The notes under the pieces: model-generated
Told to the model about the DNA's origin: nothing
Database searches by the model: none
What the model saw: the letters and a program-made list of their open reading frames with translations, nothing else
Translations under genes and position numbers: made by a program
Source: Patescibacteria group bacterium
GTDB taxonomy: Bacteria > Patescibacteriota > Minisyncoccia > Minisyncoccales > GWA2-38-27
Direction of reading: 5' to 3'
Assembly (NCBI GenBank): GCA_018830125.1
Contig: JAHJSY010000041.1
Span: forward strand, 1-63,817
DNA: 63,817 nucleotides
Shown here: one piece after another, positions 37,379-45,131 of the stretch
How positions within the stretch are numbered: the first letter of the stretch is position 1
How the letters are laid out: every line of letters begins with the position of its first letter

Positions 37379-38800
37379 TTAATATATAACATTACCCTTA
37401 ACTACGGTCATTGATTTCAGGCAGGGGATACAATCTCGTAAAAATTCTTTACTGTCAGAGAGTGCTTTTTTGCAATCTTTTCCGCATTGTCCAATCGGCT
37501 GATCAAGTAAATTGTTATCATTTTTACTAATAACTTCACATGTTTTACTATTTTCTTGATAGTTTTCTCCCGAGAACATTATTGCGAAATAGGCGTCTTC
37601 AGGATCTATTTTAACAGATCTCGTTCCTTTGAGTCTTTCTTCTTCTGAAAGATCTGGAAAAATAGTTACACTTCCACCACCCCCCATACCTCCGGATCCT
37701 GATACTGTTCTACCCTCAGCTCCTGTAGGTCCTGCTAAATTTCCCAAATCTCCTCTTGACACTTCTCTTTTATAAGAATTGGCGTTTTGTATGGAGAAGC
37801 TTAGCTCTCCACCAACTCCAGTTAAGCCAGAAGGGCAATTTTTAGTTGTACTGTGATCAAGACATTGAAATAGAATAATTCCTCTATTACTTGAACTAAT
37901 TACTCTTTCTGGTTTTTCAAAAAGAGTTACAGATTTAGCTTTGTCAAGACCTGAAAAGGGAGTGGATGTGACCGAATCGCCTCGAGATTCATAATTTGTG
38001 TCTAAAAAATTTGGAAAACATTTACCCTTCCAGTCATCTTCTTCGTGAAAAATTATTCCATAATTATATTCCCAATCATCCTTACTGTTGGGATCTTCGG
38101 GATTTTTATATATCCTTTTTGGTATTGAAAACATAAGTTTTTCATTATTATCTTTAGTGAAATTTAAATCATCTTTGTTTATATTCGCAGAAAATTTCAC
38201 CCTATAACAGGAACCATCATCATTACTCATTATATCTCTTAATTTTCTTGCCGCATTAACTCTGCCAGCTAAACTATCTGAATCAGTATCTAGATCTAAA
38301 TACGAACGGATTAAGCCTTGAACATTACCCGGATTATAATTACAAAGATATATTCCAGGAGTAATAACGGGTTCTACGGCTTTCAGGTCTTTTATAGGAC
38401 TTAATTTAGTTAAATCAGGATTTATTGAATTGAAAAGGATAAAGGCACTAACAAGAATAAGAGTTCCAAAAAGAGATGCAAAAATTCCATTTCTTGCGTT
38501 AAGAAGCTTTTCGGCACTGCCTGCGGAAAGAACATATGATATACCATTCCAAACCATAACAGAAAGAATTAAAAAACCACTAACGGCTATAGCGAACCTA
38601 AAAACATATCTAACATAATCAGGAAGACCAGTGTCAGGTTCTAGCGTTAACTCCTCACCGTCTTCTCCACGGAGAACGGGATAGACAATTTCAAGAGCTC
38701 TGCCTTCATCTGTTGAGGTTTCTGTTCCTTGGGCAAGAATAGGTGAAGCAGGGGCAAGAAGTATAAAGATAATGAATATAAGGAATAAGTTTTTTTTCAT
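37379..38800 (-). CDS. T4SS pilin-like (VirB2/TrbC-type hairpin) protein with ~330-aa Cys-containing ectodomain
   Basis: Signal peptide ..SPILAQ. LPDYVRYVFRFAIAVSGFLILSVMVWNGISYVLSAGSAEKLLNARNGIFASLFGTLILVSAFILFNSINPDL is paralogous to the 777-aa and 164-aa proteins. About 10 Cys. Start set to MKKNLF (38800). Confidence 0.6.
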   Translation of the reverse strand: MKKNLFLIFIIFILLAPASPILAQGTETSTDEGRALEIVYPVLRGEDGEELTLEPDTGLPDYVRYVFRFAIAVSGFLILSVMVWNGISYVLSAGSAEKLLNARNGIFASLFGTLILVSAFILFNSINPDLTKLSPIKDLKAVEPVITPGIYLCNYNPGNVQGLIRSYLDLDTDSDSLAGRVNAARKLRDIMSNDDGSCYRVKFSANINKDDLNFTKDNNEKLMFSIPKRIYKNPEDPNSKDDWEYNYGIIFHEEDDWKGKCFPNFLDTNYESRGDSVTSTPFSGLDKAKSVTLFEKPERVISSSNRGIILFQCLDHSTTKNCPSGLTGVGGELSFSIQNANSYKREVSRGDLGNLAGPTGAEGRTVSGSGGMGGGGSVTIFPDLSEEERLKGTRSVKIDPEDAYFAIMFSGENYQENSKTCEVISKNDNNLLDQPIGQCGKDCKKALSDSKEFLRDCIPCLKSMTVVKGNVIY

Positions 38801-38804
38801 TGTT

Positions 38805-41534
38805 TTAATACAAAACATCAAGTATTTCATTTGAGCTATTAATAATGCTTTGATTGGTGTTTCCTATTTCTCCTATATTAACACGAATATCGTCCATTGG
38901 GTAAGGGTTTCCTCCTGAAGGCGGGACACTTTCATATCCGGGATAAAGACCTGACAGATCAAGATCAGCATCAAGAGATGGCATTTGGAATCCAGGGAGA
39001 TCAAATCTTTTTTGTTTAGTGTAACTCATGTCGCCTAATGGAATAGAAGGAAGCTGATAATCTATGGGATTAGTCAGTGGAATTTTCTTTAAGTCTTCTG
39101 TCCAAGGAATATCTATTCTTCTAGCTATTTTAGATAGTTCAGCATTTACGGTATCCATGGGGATATTGATTTTGTCTAAAATAGCATAGGCATCCGGAAT
39201 TTTGAACATTCCATTCTCTACAACTGTACGGGATACACTTTCAGCTACTGCTTCTTCTACTTTTCTTCGGATATCATTCAACCGTTCATGGATAGATTCT
39301 GTAATTAGATCTTTAAGCACGCTAGCGGCACTATCAAGCTGATTTTGAATTTGTGATTGAATAGTGTTGTCAAGCACGTTCTGAATGCGACTCATTTTAC
39401 TAGCTACATTTTGATTTAAAGAATCATCAATGTTTTTACAAAACTTATCAACATCCATAAATCTATTATCACATAAATCAGGTATTTCTGGAAATCTTGG
39501 CCAAGAAAAATAATAATCAGGGAAACCAATATCTAGTGGAATACCAGAAATTCCCGCACTAACACATCCGTTAGGAATAGAAATAATACTAGAGACTAAC
39601 CCTAAAAGCATATTCCCCATATCAATATCTATACCCATAAAATTTAAAATAACTTCAGGCTGTGGAAGGGAAATTTCTGGTAAATCCATATCTAAACTAA
39701 GCAGATCGGTTAAATCAATTTCAGGCATTGGAATAGGAATGGACGGGAACTTAATATCATTCATTTTTATTGATAGTGGATCAAGCTGGGGGCCATTAGG
39801 AATAGCAGGCATATCAGCACGGATAGGTGGAATATCAATATCAGGGATTCTTAAAGAAGGATATTGAAAGTCTACCTTCAAAGAAGAAAGATCTCTTTTG
39901 CACATATTTAAATTACAGGGCTTTAAGTCAGGAAGAATTAAATCTTCAAAAATAAGGCTCGGAAGGCGCACCCTTAAAAAAGGCATAAAGTTGAAAGAAG
40001 GCAGTCTGACATCAGGAATTATTGTGTCAGGAAGTTCTATTCTTGGGAATAGCGTTGAATTAATAGAGGGCAAGGAAGGACAATCTAGCCTAATGCTATT
40101 TTGGGAATGATTAGAAATGGTTTGTGGAGCACAGGATGTTGATGGCGTCTGATATGTTTGAGCTCCAGGATTTTCAAGCGTTCTATTAAACAAAGGAATA
40201 AATTTACACGGTTCAGGAATGTTCATTTCTCCGGCTTGTTTTAATTCAGAGCATTTGTTTCTAAGAGTGTTGAGGTTGCAAATTGGTGGTGCTGTTTCTC
40301 CTTCTGATCTAAATAAGTCCTGACATTTTGCGTTAACATTAGTTATTTCATAGCATATTTCAGGAGGACGAGCACAACCAGTTCCCATACAGGTAGAATG
40401 TCTTTGTCGTAAAATTTGGCATTGATCAATAATCGTAAGATGAACAGAATCTTCGTTAAAGCATTGTTCGTATCTTTCTTGGACAGGATTATTATTGGCG
40501 TCTGTTAAGCCAGGCAGTTCTTGGCATCTATCAGATAACCAAGATAATGTTTGTAAAAACCATTCTAAATCAACATATTGATTGTTCTCAGGAGTATCTT
40601 CCTTTGTACATTGATATGGGCTAGCATCTAATTGGGTACATGAAAAGCTAGCTGGAGGAATTCCGGGAATATCTGGATAGGGAGGATGAAAAACGATTGG
40701 ATCCAGAGAAAGATCTGACACTTGATCAATTGGAATATCAGGAAAGGCAATATTAATATCTTGCAAATCAATATTAAAATCACCTATATTAGCAGCATCT
40801 GACATTTGGATGCTATCTGGCAAATTAAGCCCAACTTCGTCAATTGCTATTCTTCCTAAGTTTAAATCGCCTAAACGAACCCCTATTTCAAAGTTCATGT
40901 TTATTGGATTTTGTTCTCCACCACTTCCAAAAACACAAGCGTTGACTACTGGAATAGTATTTGTATTACACTGAGCTTGACACTGGTTTTTAGCTGAATA
41001 AGCATCATTATCTAATATCTCAACATTTTCTAAAGCTGAATCGGTAACGCCTTCGCTTGAAGAAATTATATTATTTAAATTAGACTCTAATACTATTGCT
41101 TGATCTTCATCCATTCTCTCCAGCTCTTCGGCTAAGCCAGTATCCATTTCTGTTTGAAGTAGTTCTTTTAAGAAATTCATTTGTTGCGCTTTATCTTTAA
41201 CTGCTAGTTTGGTTTTCTCTAACTCCTCTCCATTATTACAAGTTTCACCAAAAACGCCGACACTCCCTTCTCTTATACACTGCGATGAAGCGTTAGTACA
41301 ACTACATTGAGAAGCTTGGTTGCTTAATTTTTCATTGAAAAATTCCAAATCCTGAGTAGTTTGACTCAACTCACTAATAATATATTTTAATCTATTAGGA
41401 TAATGAGGATAATATTCTAGCCATTGGGCAAAAATATCAGAGCTGGTACCTGATTTTTCTAACAATGGAATAAAAACATTAATCAAAACCGCCAAAACTA
41501 AAATGCCTGGTATGATAAACTTTTTCATTTTCAT
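38805..41534 (-). CDS. N-terminally anchored, cysteine-rich giant surface protein (909 aa)
   Basis: One TM helix (FIIPGILVLAVLINVFIPLL). About 27 Cys by my count. Degenerate P-(D/S)-I / IP repeats in the middle (IPDIDIPPIRADMPAIP, PSIPIPMPEIDL). Start ATG 41534 lies 1 nt after the upstream stop. Confidence 0.55.
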   Translation of the reverse strand: MKMKKFIIPGILVLAVLINVFIPLLEKSGTSSDIFAQWLEYYPHYPNRLKYIISELSQTTQDLEFFNEKLSNQASQCSCTNASSQCIREGSVGVFGETCNNGEELEKTKLAVKDKAQQMNFLKELLQTEMDTGLAEELERMDEDQAIVLESNLNNIISSSEGVTDSALENVEILDNDAYSAKNQCQAQCNTNTIPVVNACVFGSGGEQNPINMNFEIGVRLGDLNLGRIAIDEVGLNLPDSIQMSDAANIGDFNIDLQDINIAFPDIPIDQVSDLSLDPIVFHPPYPDIPGIPPASFSCTQLDASPYQCTKEDTPENNQYVDLEWFLQTLSWLSDRCQELPGLTDANNNPVQERYEQCFNEDSVHLTIIDQCQILRQRHSTCMGTGCARPPEICYEITNVNAKCQDLFRSEGETAPPICNLNTLRNKCSELKQAGEMNIPEPCKFIPLFNRTLENPGAQTYQTPSTSCAPQTISNHSQNSIRLDCPSLPSINSTLFPRIELPDTIIPDVRLPSFNFMPFLRVRLPSLIFEDLILPDLKPCNLNMCKRDLSSLKVDFQYPSLRIPDIDIPPIRADMPAIPNGPQLDPLSIKMNDIKFPSIPIPMPEIDLTDLLSLDMDLPEISLPQPEVILNFMGIDIDMGNMLLGLVSSIISIPNGCVSAGISGIPLDIGFPDYYFSWPRFPEIPDLCDNRFMDVDKFCKNIDDSLNQNVASKMSRIQNVLDNTIQSQIQNQLDSAASVLKDLITESIHERLNDIRRKVEEAVAESVSRTVVENGMFKIPDAYAILDKINIPMDTVNAELSKIARRIDIPWTEDLKKIPLTNPIDYQLPSIPLGDMSYTKQKRFDLPGFQMPSLDADLDLSGLYPGYESVPPSGGNPYPMDDIRVNIGEIGNTNQSIINSSNEILDVLY

Positions 41535-41535
41535 T

Positions 41536-43869
41536 TTAAAAATCACTTGTTTCACAATCATATAATTCTCCAATATCTATATGGATATGAGTTATTTTAT
41601 CTAAAACATATGCTTCGGAAGAACATTTTTTAGCTGTATCTATTATTTCGTCTATGTATTTTCTTTGAAGTTCGGAAGACATATCAAAATCCACAGCATA
41701 GGATTCTTCTGTATCCCGACAAAAAGTGCCTCCGTAATGAGCCGAAACTTTCATTTTGTTTTGTTCTATTCCATAAATATGAGAACAATCTCTTGGGTCT
41801 TTGGGACTGAAACCCCATTCACATTTTCCAGTATATAGCTTTTCATCAGAAATAGAAGAGATTAATCCTATTATTTCTTCCGTTTCTTCTTCTGCTTCTT
41901 GATACTTATCTAATCCCTGACGCATACAAGAAAGAAGCTGTTTAAGTGGTTTAGAAGCATCGTTTTCGTATTGATCATGATTTCTTACACTGCTTGTGCA
42001 GTCAAATCCCTTAGGACAGCCGTCTTCTGATGATAGTACAGAATGTTCTTTGAGGGGAACAATATATAGAGGGTCTGAATCAGACGAAATTGGTAAGGGA
42101 GGAGTAGCTGATGGTGAACAACAATAAACATCTCTTGGATTACAGCTAGTCATAATTGTACCGCTGGGTCCATAATTGCCCTTGGCACCTTCACAGCTTA
42201 ATAAAATAAATTCTGGATTGTTAATATTAGGATCAAAACAGACGCGAGTAGCAGCATCAAGATTATGAAGATTATAGGGGTTTTTAGGTCCTTCTGCGTG
42301 GTATAATACGGCCGGGAATATTTTCTTTATTTCTGCAATAACTCCAGTATCAATTTCAAGAATTTTGTCTTCGGTTTCTTTTATTTCTTCCGATTTTTTG
42401 GTGATTTCTTCTACTGGACAGGCATCACCACTGCATCCCTGAATAGACTGAAGACATTTGGATCGGCAAAAGACAGCCATTGGCCCACATGGTATCGGGC
42501 TACAGCATCTGTACCACGGGTTAGGTATGCAACTACAAGATGGCTCACAATAAGTTCTATTGCATTGTGATACAAGTTCGGTCATCTCTTGCACTTGTTG
42601 AGCCATTTTTTCAGTTAAGCGAGATAATTCTTCTAATTTGAAGATAGCAATAATTGCTAACTCTCTGAGTTGATCAATCGTTTCTCCTGTTGGTATTCTG
42701 GTATGGCAACTAATTAATTGAATCTCATACGGAGAAGCTACTTTTTCAGAAGATGGAGTTTCTTCGGAAAGCTCTTTTATTTTCTGGGGAGTATATGGAG
42801 CATCATAAATGGTTCCTCCCACAGAACAATAAAAGGTTAAAGCCTCATCTCCGGCTTCTTTGTAACCAGATATTTCAATAACTTGATTTCCTAATTCTTC
42901 AAATTGTTGCTTAGCTAACAAGAGATCGTTGCGTGTCATAAACTCCTGGTTTTGGGTTCGGCAAGAAATAATTTCTCCTTCTATTTCTTGGAATTTTCTT
43001 AACTCTTCTCTTAATAATTCTTTATGCTCGGAAACCTTTTTTTCATATTTGGAAAGAGTCTTTATTTTCTCCCGGTCTATATTCAGAACCTTTTTTATTC
43101 TTTCTCTGGCTGTCGGATTATCGTCATCATTTTCACAAGGATCTCCTGAACAACCAATGGGCATAGAACCCGATTGGGGTTTTGTGCAAAGAGCTTTGGT
43201 GTTTTCACATCGACACTCATCGGTTACCGTTTTTAGATATTTATTTAAGTCCGAAATTCTATTAAGTTTATCATTCTCCAGGTTGGGATCGTCCACATCT
43301 ATTTCCTCTTTAAGAAAACCTTCAAAGTCTGTAATAAGAGTTTCTAATTCTTCGGTTCTTTCTTCTTCCCAAACAGTGGCTGTTGTCATAGCACTTTTTA
43401 ATGGTAGTTCAGCTACAATCCAAGTAAGTACTTCTCTCTCTGGTGCGGTATAAGTATTGATACTGCCTGGATCAACTGGAGTTAATGGACCAAATTCAAG
43501 AATCAATAATTGAGGATTAATACTGACCAAAATTAAATAAGAAGAAAATAGAATAACTATTCCCAAGAGAGCACCAGTTAACTGATCCTTAGCAGCCTTT
43601 AACTTGGATGGATCGGTACCCGAAGTTATATATAATATGCCTCCATAAATTAAAGAGGCTAGAGCTAGGAAAGCTGAGATGGCAATAGCAAAGTTGAATA
43701 TATATTTTACATAAGCAGGTAATCCGTCTTGAACTGTCTCAGGAGCTTTACCTATAATATCTGGATAATCAATTTCCAGGTCTTGGGCTAAGACGAGAGA
43801 ATATATAGAAATAGCAAACAAAAAAGCAATAAAAGAAAATAAGAAAAGTTTTTTAGTTTTCCCCAACAT
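41536..43869 (-). CDS. T4SS pilin-like (VirB2/TrbC-type hairpin) protein with ~640-aa cysteine-rich ectodomain
   Basis: Signal peptide ..SLVLAQ. LPAYVKYIFNFAIAISAFLALASLIYGGILYITSGTDPSKLKAAKDQLTGALLGIVILFSSYLILVSINPQL. About 32 Cys by my count. C-terminal SAH..AVDFD..HIHID motif string. Confidence 0.6.
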   Translation of the reverse strand: MLGKTKKLFLFSFIAFLFAISIYSLVLAQDLEIDYPDIIGKAPETVQDGLPAYVKYIFNFAIAISAFLALASLIYGGILYITSGTDPSKLKAAKDQLTGALLGIVILFSSYLILVSINPQLLILEFGPLTPVDPGSINTYTAPEREVLTWIVAELPLKSAMTTATVWEEERTEELETLITDFEGFLKEEIDVDDPNLENDKLNRISDLNKYLKTVTDECRCENTKALCTKPQSGSMPIGCSGDPCENDDDNPTARERIKKVLNIDREKIKTLSKYEKKVSEHKELLREELRKFQEIEGEIISCRTQNQEFMTRNDLLLAKQQFEELGNQVIEISGYKEAGDEALTFYCSVGGTIYDAPYTPQKIKELSEETPSSEKVASPYEIQLISCHTRIPTGETIDQLRELAIIAIFKLEELSRLTEKMAQQVQEMTELVSQCNRTYCEPSCSCIPNPWYRCCSPIPCGPMAVFCRSKCLQSIQGCSGDACPVEEITKKSEEIKETEDKILEIDTGVIAEIKKIFPAVLYHAEGPKNPYNLHNLDAATRVCFDPNINNPEFILLSCEGAKGNYGPSGTIMTSCNPRDVYCCSPSATPPLPISSDSDPLYIVPLKEHSVLSSEDGCPKGFDCTSSVRNHDQYENDASKPLKQLLSCMRQGLDKYQEAEEETEEIIGLISSISDEKLYTGKCEWGFSPKDPRDCSHIYGIEQNKMKVSAHYGGTFCRDTEESYAVDFDMSSELQRKYIDEIIDTAKKCSSEAYVLDKITHIHIDIGELYDCETSDF

Positions 43870-43963
43870 TAAATAATTATACCACCCCCACTCAACTAGT
43901 GCAATAATAATTAAAATTGCTTTATTGTGTATTTCATATATGTTAAAATATAATTGTGAGAAT

Positions 43964-44034
43964 GGGCGGGTAGTGAAACGGCATCACAAGTAACTTATAC
44001 CTATTTATTGTGGGTTCGAATCCCATCCCGTCCA
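43964..44034 (+). tRNA. tRNA, probable anticodon TAT (Ile)
   Basis: Hand-folded. Acceptor GGGCGGG/CCCGTCC, D arm GTGA-AACGGCA-TCAC. Anticodon arm AGTAA-CTTATAC-CTATT has one A-C mismatch. T arm GTGGG-TTCGAAT-CCCAT. No encoded CCA. Confidence 0.6.
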
Positions 44035-44058
44035 CACTCACCTTTGACTTTTGCACTA

Positions 44059-44085
44059 TTGACAAAGTTTCTTGTATGGTATAAT
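44059..44085 (+). promoter_or_regulatory. promoter TTGACA-15-TATAAT with TGG extended -10
   Basis: TTGACAAAGTTTCTTGTATGGTATAAT. No protein gene follows on this strand. Confidence 0.5.
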
Positions 44086-44091
44086 AAAGGT

Positions 44092-44201
44092 AGTAGGTAT
44101 AAGTTCGATGCTTTCGAACTCACAAAATATATAACATTTAAAGTTCTTCTTTGTGTTATATGTTGGTTGGCCATTAGCCCCTTCGGGGGCTTTTGGTTTT
44201 T
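44092..44201 (+). ncRNA. candidate ~110-nt small RNA
   Basis: Bounded by the promoter above and the terminator AGCCCC-TTCG-GGGGCT plus a T run (44176..44201). Contains internal hairpins. The only ORF here (track 44008..44253) overlaps the tRNA and is rejected. Confidence 0.35.
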
Positions 44202-44229
44202 ACTAGAAACTACCGAAAGGGCAGGACTC

Positions 44230-45009
44230 TTAGAGTCCGCCTTTTTTTGTTAATTTTAGCCAGTCTTCCACAGATAGAGTTTCGGCGCGTTGAGTCGGCT
44301 TAATCCCCTTGCTTAAAAGCAAGGAGCTAAGTTCTTCTTTATTTATCTCTAATTCTTTTGATAAATTATTAATAAGTTGTTTTCTTGGTTGAGAGAATCC
44401 AGCTTTGACAATTTTAAAAAACTTATCGGGATTGATGTCGTGTTTCTTCTTGGGGGTTATTTGAATAATAGCGCTATCAACTTTTGGAACGGGCTTGAAA
44501 GATCTTTTAGATATATATGAAAGAACTTTGGCGGTTGCGTAAAACTGGACAGAAACAGCTAGGATGCTCATTCTGGGCGGTTTGGCACATATTCTTTGAG
44601 CAACCTCTTTTTGAACTATTAGAGTCATTTCTTTTGGAGATCCGCCAGCTGGCGGATTCTCCAAGAACTTTCTAATAACGGGTGCTACTATATAGAAAGG
44701 CAAGTTGGCAACGACTTTGGAAATTGGAAATTGGAAATTAGATATTTTTAAAATATCTTCGTAGATTATTTTTATGTTGTCAAAATCTTTTAATTCTTCT
44801 TTGAGAAAATCAACGAGGCGTTGGTCTTTTTCCACAGCAATAACCTTTTTAACTCTTTTAACTAATTCTTTCGTCAAGGCCCCTTTGCCTGGTCCAATCT
44901 CTAAGACACTATCTGTCTTAAGGAGCTTAGCTCCATTAATAACATTAGAGATAACCCTTTTGTTAATTAAGAAATTTTGGCCGAAATGTTTTATTGGTTT
45001 TATTTGCAT
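44230..45009 (-). CDS. rsmA: 16S rRNA (adenine1518/1519-N6)-dimethyltransferase
   Basis: HFGQNFL, VLEIGPGKGALT, NLPFYI motifs. Contains the in-frame PPAGG palindrome. Confidence 0.9.
   Translation of the reverse strand: MQIKPIKHFGQNFLINKRVISNVINGAKLLKTDSVLEIGPGKGALTKELVKRVKKVIAVEKDQRLVDFLKEELKDFDNIKIIYEDILKISNFQFPISKVVANLPFYIVAPVIRKFLENPPAGGSPKEMTLIVQKEVAQRICAKPPRMSILAVSVQFYATAKVLSYISKRSFKPVPKVDSAIIQITPKKKHDINPDKFFKIVKAGFSQPRKQLINNLSKELEINKEELSSLLLSKGIKPTQRAETLSVEDWLKLTKKGGL
44641..44658. repeat. palindrome TCCGCCAGCTGGCGGA(TT) inside rsmA
   Basis: Read on the minus strand as AATCCGCCAGCTGGCGGA = NPPAGG. The identical 18-mer lies in cca at 57568..57585. Confidence 0.9.
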
Positions 45010-45026
45010 TATTTAATAATAACAGA

Positions 45027-45072
45027 TAAAAGTGACCGAGTCACTTTTCGCTAAAAGTGACTCGGTCACTTT
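45027..45072. repeat. two tandem palindromes AAAAGTGAC(C/T)(G/C)(A/G)GTCACTTT
   Basis: 45027..45047 and 45054..45072, between divergent rsmA and the M23 peptidase gene. Same element as 33664. Confidence 0.85.
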
Positions 45073-45131
45073 ATTCTGAGGTGTGGAAAAGGGGGTTGAC
45101 TGGATATTTCCGAAAAGGTAGTATAAATAAA

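Noticed and set aside
42929-43453. 174-aa plus-strand ORF
   Set aside because: It is antisense to the 777-aa pilin-fusion gene. Its Ser/Phe-rich product is typical of the reverse frame of a Glu/Lys-rich gene.
44008-44253. 81-aa ORF from the track
   Set aside because: It starts inside the tRNA gene and runs through a promoter, a terminator hairpin and the 3' end of rsmA. It is not a plausible gene.
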